NCBI RefSeq assembly: GCF_009834535.1 | Contig: NC_045696.1 | Location: 58,406,001-58,470,000 of the forward strand | DNA length: 64,000 nucleotides | From: Camelus ferus | Taxonomy: Eukaryota | Reading direction: 5' to 3' | Part shown: piece after piece, positions 38,288 to 51,255 of the stretch | Layout: each line of letters opens with the position of its first letter | Position numbering within the stretch: position 1 is the stretch's first letter | Program-made: the position numbers and the translations under genes | Notes under the pieces: generated by a model | What the model saw: the letters and a program-made list of their open reading frames with translations, nothing else | Databases searched by the model: none | What the model was told of the DNA's origin: nothing

Positions 38288-38832
38288 TTTTTTTAATAGT
38301 TGATTTATAATGTTGTATTAGTTTCTGGTGTACAGCATAGTGGTTCAGTTATATATATATATATATATATATTCTTTTTCATATTCTTTTACATTATAGC
38401 TTATTACAAACTATTGAATATAGTCCCCTGTGCTATACAGTAGAACCTTGCTGTTTGTCTGTTCTGTATATAGTATATGCTAATTCCAAACTCCTAATTT
38501 ATCCCTTCCCCTCTCCTTTCTGCTTTGGTAACCAGCAGTTTGTTTTCTATATCTGTGGGTCTTGTTTCTGTTTTACAAATAAAGTTCATTTGTGTCATTT
38601 TTTTTTTAGATTCCACATATAAGTGATATCATATGGTATTTGTCTTTCTCTAACTTACGTCATTTAGTATGATAATCTCTAGGTCCATCTACATTGCATT
38701 ATTTCATTCTTTTTTATAGTTGAGTAGTATTCCATTGTATAAATATACCACAACTTCTTTGTCCAGTCACCTGTTGATGGACATTTAGGTTGCTTCCATG
38801 TCTTGGCTATTGTAAATAATCCTGCTGTGAAC
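38288..38832 (-). mobile_element. 5'-truncated L1 (3' UTR plus ORF2 C-terminal remnant)
   Basis: Minus-strand peptide FTIAKTWKQPKCPSTGDWTKKLWYIYTMEYYSTIKKNEI is L1 ORF2p C-terminal sequence; approximate TSD ctca(t/a)tcagttc; internal (TA)n. Confidence 0.92.
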
Positions 38833-39956
38833 TCAATCAGTTCTCTTAAGAGCCCTGTAATAGTCTCATCACCCACCTTTTCCAGACAAGGAACCTCAGG
38901 GAAGGATGTGTGACGTGATTCTCAGGTGACTGCAGTCTTCTGAATTGAGTTCACTGTGCATTGAAACTTCTCCATTTTCTGTAACTATGCATCCATATTG
39001 TTGAGCAGAGTTCAGCTTCCTGGTTTCTTCTCTCTGCTTCTGTAACTGCTCCTGGCTGTTTTTGAACCTCCTCTCCCCCCTCATCTGTTGCCACCCTGCT
39101 TGGAAGAACAGCCTCCCCCTATCTGGCCACTGTGTATTCTCTTGTGAGAACAGATTCAGAGTCCCCTTTCCAGCGCCTGATCTTGCCCTACAGAAAAAAT
39201 TTCCTGCTTCAGGAAAGGAGTTCTAGGGGACTCTGTTCTTGGTTGTTCTTAGTACTTCACGTTGTCATCAGTAACACAGCTACCAAAGTTCTCCTTTCTC
39301 ATTCAGGGGTGCTGGATACGTGGACTCTTACAACCAGAACATGTCCAGACTTCAGAGATGATGGTCAAATCAGGCTGTAAGGGATGGTCACCAGCAGGAA
39401 GCCTAGCAGGGCCTGGAGGGAGGAGAGTCAGGCAGGAGGATCATCATGAGAACCACACACCCTCCTTGGCCACATCCAGGCTGTGAGGTCTGGGAATGTC
39501 ACGCATGAAGCCTGGGTGGACAGACTGAGGCATCTGAGAAGTCCAAGGATGCTGTGGAGTGGCTGATTGTTGATTCCACAGCTGGGGAGAAGAGTCCAAC
39601 CTTAGCTTGACATGAGCAGAGAAAAGGCTTAGTGTGTCCTTGGGAGGCAGTGGCCCACTCTAGCACCTGACTGAACTTGGTCACAACCCTCAGAACTTTT
39701 GTTTCGCTCTGGGATGATTCTCCCGTGTATGGGGGGCAGCCCTCGGGCCCAGATGCCTGTCTCTTCCAAAGTGCTCAGGCATCATTCCCAGCTGGCTTCA
39801 CTTCCCTTGCTCCCCCACTGCCCTGAGCTGTGTGTCCATCTGCAAGGCTTCATCCGGATCATCTGTCTCTGGTGGGACAGTCAGGCAGGCAGCGTGTGGA
39901 CAAGGGGAGAGCACTGTGGGTAGAGGGTGGACAGGTCGTTTCCCCTTTGCTCCTAG

Positions 39957-40048
39957 GTGCTGGCCGGGATGAACCTCCACTCCTCGGAATTTGAAAACAT
40001 CAAGGAGGAGTACGGCATACGCAGCTACCCCACCATCAGCTACTTCGA
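39957..40048 (+). CDS. PDIA5: PDIA5 exon 9 (92 nt): VLAGMNLHSSEFENIKEEYGIRSYPTISYF(E)
   Basis: Acceptor cctttgctcctag|GTG, donor CGA|gtaagt; contains the thioredoxin cis-Pro motif YPT; phase 0 to 2. Confidence 0.96.
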
Positions 40049-40141
40049 GTAAGTCACATGCTTCCCTTCTCACGCTCACTCCCCTCCGTGGCAGCCTTTG
40101 CCTCCCTGGCTGAGCCCATGTTGTCTCCCCACATTTCACAG

Positions 40142-40213
40142 GAAAGGACGGTATCTGTTCCAGTACAACAGCTATGGGTCCACAGCTGACGACATTGTGG
40201 AGTGGCTGAAGAA
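40142..40213 (+). CDS. PDIA5: PDIA5 exon 10 (72 nt): KGRYLFQYNSYGSTADDIVEWLK(N)
   Basis: Follows a 93-nt intron; acceptor acatttcacag|G, donor GAA|gtaagt; phase 2 to 2. Confidence 0.96.
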
Positions 40214-42527
40214 GTAAGTCAGCATTTGTCTTTTGGTGGGGTGCCCAAAGGGAGGGGCGTCTGCCGGGCCCCAAGGTGTCCCTGGTCACAGGGCTCCGGC
40301 TGGGAATTGGGAAGAGAATGAGGACGGAAAGGTTTGTCGTGCTGCCCACACAGCTGTTGGTGGGTTACATCTAAGTGAGGGTGGGGTCTGTGAGTGCAGG
40401 ATGCGGGAGTTGGGAGGATTTCTGTGACTGTCCTGCTGACTACGTTTCAGATAGGTTTTTTCCTGCTTACTATATACTTGATGGATAGAAGTATTTCTCA
40501 CCCAGAATGGCAGGTTTGAAAGAGGTTCTGCTGCAGGTCTCTCTGAAAATAGAGTTGTCAGTTGAATGCTTATTTCAAACATAGCACTGTATTAGGTGCT
40601 GTGAAGCTAAGAAGTGTCCTAATGCCTTAGATTTGCAGCTTGCTTTGCCATTCACCATGCATCCCTGCAGACACTGCTTCAGAGCAACCTGTGATCCTGT
40701 TTTCTAATGTGATTAGATCCTTATAACCCAAACCACCCTGCACGTGGAGCCCCTGCCTGTGCTCGGCGTGTGACTTTGACGTGATGCTCCGACCCTGTGT
40801 TGGACGGGGAGTCTGTCTCCCCCACTCCTTCCCCATGGCCCAAGCTCTCCTGGAACTCTCCCCTCCGAGAGCACTCACCTCCTCTGGGCTCTGCCTGTCA
40901 CCAGTCTGGACTTGCCAGTCACTGCTGGTGTGTAGCTATTTGTGCACAGTCCTTGGAATAATAGCTGCTGTCATTTTGGGCACAGAGAGTCACTTTGTGG
41001 CTGACTGTTTCAAGCACTTTATGTGGATTCTTATGGAGTCCTCAACAGCCCCGCAAGGATGATATCATCATTACCCTTAATTCATGAACTGGGCAGCTGA
41101 GCAGAGTGATGAAGTAGCTTGTCCTGGCTCCCACAGCTGGCAAGCGGCAGGGCCAGGACTGGCCCCCCGGCAGCAGCTCCTCCAAGTTGTGGCTGGAGCC
41201 GCTGCCTCTCCCACCATTGCCAGCATGTGGATATTTATTGACATTATTACTTTGTTACTGCAGCAGCACAGGGTTAAAGAATTAGTTACCCAACGTGATG
41301 GAGGTTGAAAATGTGTATTTTCAGAATGGGAAAGGAGGATAAGTTTTGTACCTCCCCTCTCCCCCACAACCCCCCCCCCCACAAACCTCCAAGAAACAAG
41401 CTGTTTAATTCTAAAGGCTGAAACTCTCAATCTTCTGTTCCATCGGTTCCCAGGGGCCCAGGAGATAAAACAACAGCAGAACCACGTTTGCATGGCATCT
41501 TTTATTTCTTGGAAGCATTTTCACATCTCTGTCTCCATCTATTACCTCTCCGCCTGTTACCCGGGAAGGCCACTCCCCATTATCCTGTACTCAGTTGTCT
41601 TACCGGGGGCCTCGCACCCCTGCTTTCCTTTTTCATTTGGTAATAAGCATGTCCCCTCCTCTGCCTGACGTATCTCATTCTGCTTTGTGAGAAGGTTCAA
41701 CAAATGACAGTCTCATTTGTCACCTGAGCATAAAGTCTGTCTGCTTCCCTCCCCTTTCTCTAACCTTTTCTGGTTTCAAAATATACTCATACCTTCTTGG
41801 AAGAATACGGTTTATTATTTTTTTTAGAAAGTGTTCAGAATTGCTTGCTAACCCTAGACCAGGGGAGCACGTCAGTGGAGTTTCTGAGACCCGTTATTAT
41901 CTCCCTACTGGAGCTGCTGCTCTGTCCCCCACCCTGCTCTCTGCGCACCACCAGCCCAGCTCCTCCATCAGACTCTGTCCTGCCCCCCCGCCCCCAGGCT
42001 GCCTCCTCATCCCTGTCCTTGGCTGGCACCTCCCCACTGCCCACCACTGCCTTCCTCCCTGGTCTCACCCCTCATGGGAAGGAGACCTTGTTAGCAGCTT
42101 TTGGTTCACCGTGGGTCTCCAGTCTCCAGGCTGAGAAGGTTGGTGAGGTAACTCTGGGGAAGGGAGGGCACCTACCAAGCCGCCCAACCACCTATCATCA
42201 CTGTGTTGGGGGGCACACATGTGGGGGCAGCTCTTCCGGAGGCATGACTGCAGCCCACTCGTGGAGCATGGGGCAGGGGCAGCAAGGCCCAACAGTGTCA
42301 CTGTGCTGCCATCCTGCTTGAATTTTCAAAAGTCTTCTTTGATTTTAAGGCTATTCAAGTGAGATATGTTACTATTGAGAAGCTTAAATACTTAAACAGA
42401 AGGAAAAGCGCCCTTCCCCCCAGCTACCCAAAGGTAATGTGTTGTGATATTTTGGCAAATTTCCTTTTAGATTCCCCTCAACATATGCCTAGCTCTGTGT
42501 ATTTTTTTTCTTGATGCCAGGTGTTTT

Positions 42528-42668
42528 GTTTTATTTATATATTTATATATATACATACATACATATATATATGTGTGTATATTTATGTATATATATATGG
42601 AGGTACTGGGGGTTGAACCTAGGACCTCATGCATCCTAAGCTTCACCACTGAGCTATACCCTCCTCCC
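42528..42668 (-). mobile_element. tRNA-Ala-derived SINE (vic-1-type) whose tail has become a (TA)n/(TACA)n microsatellite
   Basis: Head at 42598-42668 with a short internal deletion; 11-bp TSD ccaggtgtttt at 42517-42527 and 42672-42682. Confidence 0.9.
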
Positions 42669-45600
42669 GTTCCAGGTGTTTTAAGTCTTCACCAGATTTC
42701 CCCCAAATCCTGGTGAGTGGGTAGCAGTGATCCCACCTTTCCTGCTGCCCTGCATTTCTTCCCTGGACCTCTCTGTTGGCTGCTCACAGTTCATGGTGGC
42801 CCAGTGTAGAAGGATGAGGGTGGATCCGGCCTCCTCTGGATGACTTTCAGAAGCCTGGGAGAGAAGAGCCTAGATCCCGCCCTCTGACACACGATTCTGA
42901 GGAGAGGGCCAGACAGGGCATCGTTGGTGTCTTGGAGTGCCCCAGGGCTCTAGGGTAGATGTGATGGTTGTGGTGGTTGTGCACCTGGTGCTCCTGGCAC
43001 TCCTGGCAGCTACATTTCTCATTCCGTTCTGCAGGTTTCATGCTGCTGAGTTGGGCAGGGCAGGTGGAGTGTGTAAAAGTGGCAATCCATTTTGACCGAG
43101 CTACCCATTTCCGCCTGTGTATTTTTAAACAGAGGTGGACTGAAAACAAACACAAAGCGTTCTTGACTTGTAATGCTTTGAGTTGCATCTTCTTATTTAC
43201 AGCACGTGCACCTGCCTCAGGCAAGGACCTGCTTTGTGTGAACTTACCAGGCCTGGAGAGCCCGAGAAATCAGAGTTGCAGGATTGGGAGGGAATGTCAG
43301 TGAATCTGCCCCCAGTGGTTCCCTTTGATGTTGCTTTACCTCTAGGACAGATGTGGTCACTCAGTCCCACTTAAACAGGGCCTCAACTCATTGTGAGGTT
43401 GTCCATTCATGTTTGAACGATGTTTATGATTTAGATGATGAATGATGTCTAGGAATATTTGGGTAGTATTTTATACATTTACAAAGTATCTCATGTCCAT
43501 CATCTGTCTAGATGTACCTGCAAGGCAGATAAAGGAAAACCTACAAATACGTTGTCTTGTGGCTGTTTTAGTCAGGCTGTTGCCTAAGCCTCTAGAGCTG
43601 GTACGTGGAGGAAAACAGGACTCAGCCAGGTTTTCTGACTCCCAGTTCGGCTCTTTCCCTCTCATCTGCTGTAGATAGAAGTTTCTTACTTCTGTCGAGC
43701 TGACGTTTCTTTCTCTGAAACTTCTACTTAGTGTTGGTTCTCGTTTTTGGAGCCACAGAAAATAAATCTTAGTTTCTCTTCCCGGTGCAGTCTGAGATGT
43801 TTGAAGACAACTGTTGTGTCCCCACGTCTCCTCTTCTGCAAGTTAGACTCCTCCAGTTCCTTTAGCCATTCTTCTCTCACTGTCTCATTGATTCAGAAAG
43901 TGTTTATTGGGTATCTGCTCTGTATTAGGTGCAGGCGGTACAGAGGTGAGAGAGGGAGCCCTAGTCTTGAAGGAGAGAGATGGTAAAAAGCATGATTCAG
44001 TAACAGTGCCCTTGTACCGTTCTGCCCAGCTCTGCAGTCCTGTCCAGAGAGGAAGCTTCCTGTTGTCCACGGGTGGGAGAGGGGACTCACCTGGCTGCTG
44101 GAGAGGAGATCTGAGGGCCTCCTGTTTCAGCCCCGGGCCACAGCCTTGCTTCAAGGGGGTCCTCTTGGTCCTTCAGAGCCTTTGCATATTAAGGTGGTTC
44201 CTATGCCCTGCCCCCCTCCCAGCACACAGCACCTCAGCTTTCTGTTCTCTAAGAAAGGCAGATGTTTTTTTGCTAAGTTGGTTTTCTAGCTTCTAAAATT
44301 GCACTGACCTCCTTTTCTCTCTTCGCTGTTGTCTTCATTCCTGTTCTTTTTGCTTCTGTGGAGCTCATACTTGAATTTTTTTTCTTGTGCTGTTATTTTA
44401 GTAGTCTTGGAGTGCGTCCTCCATGTTTAACTAGAAGTTTCTCAGACGCTTCCATATGTTTGTGCTGCTGCTGCGCCACGGCTTCTCCAGTCTGCGTGTA
44501 TATTCTTGCTGGGTTTTAAAAAATGATTTTAATTTTAGAATAGATTCCATTCACATAATTAAAATAATTTTTTAAAGATACTTAAAAATTATACATTGGA
44601 AAGTCTTGCTTTTACGTGTCTCCTCCATCCTGTTCCCCTCTCTACACCTTAGAGGTAACAACTTTAATTAGTTTCTTTACGCAGATACACGTGCATGTGA
44701 ATCGGTATTTTTTATCTCTCCCTGTTTTATGCAAAAGTTAGCACATTGTGGCCTGTTGGGTACATCTCAGCAGTCTCTCCACATTGAGCATAGAGCACTT
44801 CCTTGCCTCTCTTTACCACGCTCAGCCCCCCCTGGTGTGGATGGGCTGGTTTACCTGCACTGGGTTTTTCTAGTCTTTGGTTTGACAAATCATCTACAGT
44901 GAATACCTTGGAGTGTACATAATTTTGCCTATGTGTGGGTGTAAAGGTAAATTCCCTAAAGTGGAATTGGTGGTGTTTTAGGGGGGTTGGTGTTTTGAGT
45001 CCAAGTATCAGAACCTCGGTTTCCTATTGTTGGTCTGCCTGGTGACTCATGCTGAAGCTTGATTTTGCCACCAGCCCCATCTGACAGGGGATGCGCATGG
45101 GCTGAGAGTAGTTTGCCCTCCTTCTGCCACCCCCATGGCATGGGACCAGAGTGGCTGAGGCCAGAGAGGGCTTCTGAAAGTGACGTCAGACCCAGGCTCT
45201 GCCCTGGGTAGGGGGGTCAGCTTCCACTGTGTTGCTACATGGGAGAGTGGCAGAGTCTGTTGAGTGGACCACATTGCTCTCATGAATTCACAGCCCTGGC
45301 TGCTGGAACATTACACTTTTTCCTACTGTAGGCTCTCAAAGACAGGAAACAATAGTTGTCTTTTCACATTTGTCATCTTAAAGGGTTTTTCCAAAGCAGC
45401 AGTTAAGGTGCTCTGGCAAAAGTGTTTATGGCGGTGAATCGTCAGGGAGTTTGTGTCACCAGCAGTCTTGTGCTCAACTTTGCAGCAGGAGAGGGCAGCT
45501 GCCAGCCTCCCCTGTCACCGCAGCTGGTGCATAGGTATCAGCACACGGTGGTCCCAGTGGAAGCAGGCTCCAGGGAGGTTAGGCACCAGCCTGAGGTTTT

Positions 45601-45830
45601 GCAGCTCGCAGTGGTAGAGCAGGGATGTTTGGGCTGACCTCCAAGCCTGGCTATTTCTGCTCTGGCACTCTGCCTCTGAAGAACTAGGTAACTTTGTTCC
45701 TGGTCTCCAGGAAGGGTTTGTGATGTATCCTGGATGCCATCGTAGTTAGGGTGCCCCCACCCTTTTCCCCTGGGCCCCACTCTTCCTCATCATGACCTTC
45801 CTCCCACACTGGTCAGTGAACGCCTCGCAC

Positions 45831-45846
45831 CCACCAGGTGGCAGCA
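45831..45846 (+). promoter_or_regulatory. Candidate CTCF core motif in intron 10
   Basis: CCACCAGGTGGCAGCA matches the CTCF consensus CCASYAGRKGGCRS at every position; motif evidence only. Confidence 0.45.
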
Positions 45847-46339
45847 TCCCCTTCCTAGCCCCCAGCCCTTCCCTGGCCAGATTTGGTCTTTCTTGGATAC
45901 CTGGCCTCTCTCTTCCCTCCTCAGCCACCACCTTTTCCTTTCTATTATTTCCTCTCCCCAGTCCTTGCCCTGCAGGGCACCACTCAACACAACAGTTAGC
46001 TTTTCGAGAGGTCTCTCTTTGCTGTTGCTGTGTACTGCTATTGCCAGTTGGCTGAACGTTTGAAAGAGCATGAGACACTGATAAACCCACAGGTTCCTGG
46101 GGGGAGGCGAGGTTTCCTGATCTGCCTTTAGAGCTACAGCTGAAAGCTGCTCTTTGTGATAGGATGTCAGCTGAGCGCTCCTGGGGCTCCGAGGGCATGG
46201 TGGAGGTGGGCAGGGCTGACCACTGGCCCCTCTGCTCCTGCCCGGTGAGCCCCCAAAGCAGCAGTGCCGAGCCAGAGTGGGTGAGGGCTGCTCAGGCCAC
46301 GGTGCTTGCTCTGAGCTCTGCCTATTTTTGGTCTTCCAG

Positions 46340-46476
46340 TCCGCAGCCGCCACAGCCCCAGGTCCCCGAGACTCCCTGGGCAGATGAGGGCGGCTCCGTT
46401 TATCACCTGACCGATGAAGACTTTGGCCAGTTTGTGAAGGAACACTCCTCTGTGCTCGTCATGTTCCACGCCCCAT
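46340..46476 (+). CDS. PDIA5: PDIA5 exon 11 (137 nt): PQPPQPQVPETPWADEGGSVYHLTDEDFGQFVKEHSSVLVMFHAP(W)
   Basis: Acceptor ttttggtcttccag|T, donor CAT|gtgagt; phase 2 to 1; visible inside ORF 46164..46724. Confidence 0.97.
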
Positions 46477-49400
46477 GTGAGTGGAACCTTGCCTCTCCCG
46501 CCACCACCTCGGCTCCCTCAGCACAGGGCAGTCACCGCTCTAGGACCAAGTCCAGGGAGCATCTGCCTGTCGGCTGCCTCCTCTGTGCCCGATGCGGCCC
46601 CGCCCTCACGGCGCACATAGTCCACCCAGCATCACTGTGGGAACAGCACAGGAGTCCCATTCAGGCCCCTGTGGCCCCCAGCTCAACCTGGAGGGCCCCA
46701 GCGGCTTCCTCAAAGTCAGCATGAGTCAGGAAATGCAAGTAGACTTCCCAGAATTGGAGGAGTTAGGACTGGGAGGGCCCTTCGATATTACCTAGGACAG
46801 CAATCACTCCTCAATTCACAGGTGGGAAGATTGAGGCCCCAAGAGGGCCTGTGTCTTGGCCAGCAGCTGAGAGAGCGCAGTGAGACCAGGGCTGGAGCCT
46901 CAGACGCTGCAGCACCTAGAATGCCTTCTTCCTGCTTCCCCTCGTGTGTCATAGCCTGAGGCGGCCGTGGTAGATCAAGGCAGGAAACTACAGTGAATGC
47001 CATAAAATGTGCTTGCAATATTGGCCGAAAGCCCTCTAGCTCAGAAATTTTCTAGACCAGTGTCCTCCCCATTCCCATGGAGAATGGAAAATTGATTATA
47101 ATTTGTTTCCAAGAGGGAGAAGGCTGTTTCTGGAAAGGTGAGCAGGGAGATGACAGCCCCAGGGCACAGAGTTGCTGGGAGCAGCTCCTGGGAAAGGCAG
47201 GCCATCCCAGTGGGTGAAGAAGACAGGTCCCCAGCACCAGGGACAGAGTGCACATGTGTGGGTTGCTATTCTCTCGTAGCTTCTTGCCAGTTCTTTGGCC
47301 CAGTGATGGTGGGTAAGAGACTGTGGAAGAGGGGAAAAAAAGCAAGAAATAACTACTTTATGGATCAGTGTCATAATCACCCTGTCCATAGCGGCATCTT
47401 CAGTGACAAGAATAGTGAATTAATTGTCTTAGTCATAGGGATCTTTATACTATCAGTTGTGTTTTGTCCTATGGTGACAAAGTGGCTTTCCGCAGCATCA
47501 TCTCCTTTTGTCTTACCCACAGTACCACAAAGCGAGTATGATTCACCCCATTTTGCAGACAAGGAGACTGCCGCACCGAGAAGTGGTGCTGCTCTGAGTC
47601 CTGTACCACCACCCCTGCCCGCCCTCCCCTTCCCCTGCGGCAGTATCACACAGGTTTGATTAATTAGGAATTGTTTGTAAGTGGACACTAGTGCAGATTT
47701 CCCCAATACTGTCTTTCTCATAAGTGCCAAATTCTTAGGAGAACCCCAAGGGAAAATACTCACTGTGACTTTTCTTCTGAACTTATAGAAAAGTGACCAC
47801 AAAAACTAAAAAACCCCACTAAATTTCAAAGCCTCCTGATTAAGGGCAGTGACAGAGAGGGCTGTAGGAACATGTCACTTAGCCCTGTGTGGACCTCAGC
47901 GAACGTGTCCTTGTGGTCGGAGGTACCTGATACTGCCCGCCGGGCAGCCCTGCAGTGCTCCCCCTGCTGAGATGTGCTGTCCAGGCCAGTCTCCAAGCTG
48001 CTGATGGAAGCAAGTCTTGCAGGGAGTTCTGCATCTGGAGTACAACCGCTCTGCCTGTGTCCCCAGCAGTAGAGGCACACACTGGCTCACTGTTTTCAGT
48101 TCCCTCCTGGGAACTTCACCCCCAGGTGTCGGTGTTCCTGGTCTGCGTCGAGAGAGCCCACCAGCTCCTGGAAGAGCCAGAGTGGTTTGAGCAGTGCTTT
48201 GTGGTTTATACATCACAGTGCGAAGAGTATATATCCCCTTTGATGAGTCCTAACAGCACGTACCAGATAGGTGGGAATGATTTAATAATTGTGTATTAAG
48301 CCCTTTCTTTATAGAACTCTGGTTGCAAACTGGAAATTCTTTTGTCTGTATTCTTCCCGGTAGTCTTAGGTTGTGAGTGATCCGTCATAGTAGCTTATGC
48401 TTACAGGGTCTGGGCTCTGGGGCCTGGCTGTAGGGACCTTCCCTGCAAACCTCCCCTTGTAATGCACCCTCTTTGCTTCCTGAACCAGAAAGATCTCGTT
48501 CATTCCTCTCCCACCCCCAATCCGAGTCACCTTTGGGCATAGAGAAAGGGCTTAATGAATGAAAAAATGAACGAATGAAGTTGTTGAGAGCTAAATTAGA
48601 GAATGAGAACTCGAAACTAGATGGCAGCTTTTGGTTTCCCCATTAGTCATTGTTAGCAAGCATTAATGAATACCATCCTGCTCTGTGGAGAGCCCTGTTG
48701 AGGGGGCTCTGATTTCAAACTTAGCAAATGGTAACATCTGAGGCTTCTACTGGTGAGTGTCTGCCTGTTATGGACCCTGCATTCTCTGATGAGGTGTTTG
48801 CCAGCCCTGTGGCTTTGCATGTGAGTACTTGTGTGGTTTTTATTTCTGTTGGACTGGCAGAGTGAGAGGGATCAGGGCAAAAGCATGAGGTGAACATCTC
48901 TTAAGAATTGCCTGTTAGAGTTCCATCCAGTGGGAGTGGCTCTGCATTAAGTAATCTCTCTACACAGCCCCTCTTCCCTAGGAGCATGGGCTTTAGAAGG
49001 AAAGGAATGCAGTGGCTTAGAGAATATTCGGAGCCCAGAGGGGTGAGCTGACAGCAGCGCCCTCTTAGCTGCCTGGCTGTGCGCCTCGTGCTGGAGTGCT
49101 TCAGAGAACCCACAGTGATCTGGAGACCAGTTTTGTGGTGCTTTGGGACCCAGAGAAAAGGAATGTCAAGAGGCCAGAGACTGGCAGTGCTGGCTCAGGT
49201 TTCCAAAGTGCGTAAAAGGTGAATTCTGGAAGTCACAGCTTTACAGGTATCAATCCCAGACCAAACAGGGAGTGGTTTAGAAACAGACCATTTTGGAAAC
49301 CTGGGAAAACAAGTTGGGATCTCTCAACATACAAGACCATAGACTCTCCTAAGAATTGCTGGATGTGCTTGGTTTGTTTCTTGGGATGAGATTGCGACGT

Positions 49401-51099
49401 TGATGAATTAGCGTGTCTTTCTTTATCTAAAGTCAGGTGGGATGTGGCCATCCTGAGGGGAATGTCCCCTTGGTGCTCTGTGACTGTGAGTCTGGCCTGG
49501 TTCTGTCTAGAGGGTGGGACTTGTTTTTTTAATCAGCAGTTTGGGTGAAACTATAAAAAAAAAAAGCAAAGCACTTTCAAATCTGCAACGGTTCGAGTTG
49601 GAAAAAGGAAGCTATTAAAATATTGAACAATTGAGTTGAGATTTTAAAAGATCCCAACAGAATGAAATAGTGGGCCTCAAACTAAAAAGCTGAATTTATC
49701 TTTATGGCTTTTTGCTAATTAAAAAGGAGTGCATGCATGTTTTGTAAAGGGGTAGTATAGGAGAGTGTGGAGAAGAAAACTAACATTCTCCTGACATGGA
49801 CTCCCAGAAAGAGCCACAGTCTCTCTTTGCAGTCTTGTTTCTGTATAGAGGAAGGGCTCAGTGTTACTCTTTCCAGGTTCCACTTGCCTGGAACCTTCAT
49901 GGGTGCCTTTGGAGCCGCACTCCTGGGTTCTTGGTGGGAAAGGCCCCTGGGTGGCTGGTTGCTGCGTATTATCAGACACCTCCATTGGCCCCCTACTTCT
50001 TTACCCGCTTCTCCAGCTTTCCTGCCACTTACCTCCACTTGCCTCATCGTCTCCTTTCCCTCCCAGCTGGAGTCCACTAGGAGCCCCACACGGATTCTTC
50101 TGCAGCCTGTACTCCTGATGCCTGAGTTGTCATTGAACAAATAAGCTCAGGCCCAGCAAGTGCAGGGCTCTCCACACATGGGAGCTGGGGGAACTGAGAT
50201 TCACTGATGGGCTTGCCCCCTTGGCCTAAAATCCAGGATTTGCCAGGCCTCCTGGGGAGGACGGTGTGGGATGAGCAGTGGGCTCCGGGAGGGGTGGGTG
50301 CACCAAGCAGGGCAAGGACAAAGCCCAGGCCCCTCTGCCGTCCAGTTGGCCTTCAGTGTGGGACCTGGCGTGGATGTGGGATCCTGCCAAAGATGAAATG
50401 GTGTCCAAAGGGGGCAAGACAGTAGGACACCAATGGCCGCTGCCCCGTGGTGCCTTCTGATTTTCTCTGCATTGTTCTGAATGAGAAAAGTCAGTGTCCA
50501 TTGTCACTGGTCTTCCGTTGTCACTCTGTTTTGCTGCAATAATGTCCCCCTGCTCCTCCCTCTCCATGTACCTGCAGTCCTGCCTTAGGCCAGGGGAGGA
50601 TGTACTCTTGTAATGACCCCTGAGTGAGTGTCACTTGCAGAGGGAGGTAGAAGGGACATAGTGGGACTCCCGGGGAGGGGTGCCCTGAGCAGCAGCTTGT
50701 CTCCCCAACGTGGATGCTGGGTGCCGGCAGGGACCTGAGAAGAAGCTGCTGGGGCACTGGAGCACCCCTGCCGCCCCTTGCCCAGGGCTGCAGTGGCCCA
50801 CCCACAGCTCCGCCCTAGTCTGTCCGCTCCTTGGCAACAGGCCTGGGGTGAGATGTTTTCTTTGCCACAAGTCTCAGGCAGCAGGTATGTGCTGGAGGCT
50901 GCGGGCCCGGCCTGCCTTGCTGGAGCTGGGCCTCCTCTCTGCATTCGGCGGCAGGTCCCTGTCAAACCCCACAGTTCCTGTTTCTTACTCTGTTTCTGTC
51001 TTATTCTCAAGTAATAGGTGATTGCTTTAGAAAAATCTAGAAGTTACACAGAAGTATAAAATGATTAAGGAAGAAAACTCCCTATAATCTCATTATTCA

Positions 51100-51200
51100 T
51101 TTCTTTTTCTTTTTTCCCTTGATGGAGGTTCTGGGGATTGAACCCAGGACCTCAGGCATTGTTAAGTGTGCACTCTACCACTGAGCTCTACCCTCCTCCC
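51100..51200 (-). mobile_element. tRNA-Ala-derived SINE (vic-1-type)
   Basis: Head at 51123-51200; 17-bp TSD with 2 mismatches: tataatctcattattca (51083-51099) and tgtaatcccattattca (51201-51217). Confidence 0.9.
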
Positions 51201-51255
51201 TGTAATCCCATTATTCAGAAGCAAATACTTTCCACTTTTTGGCTTCACTTTTTCT

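Noticed and set aside
40049..40141. 93-nt intron 9 as a mirtron or an in-frame retained intron
   Set aside because: Pyrimidine-rich at both ends with no evident end-to-end hairpin; retention reads GAG TAA and stops at once despite the 3n length.
39798..40349. 183-aa antisense ORF over exons 9-10
   Set aside because: Shadow ORF caused by the codon bias of PDIA5 exons and a 3n intron; no independent evidence of a gene.
46164..46724. 186-aa + strand ORF as a stand-alone gene or extended exon
   Set aside because: Only 46340-46476 is PDIA5-like and bounded by canonical splice sites; the flanks are GC-rich intron that happens to lack stops.
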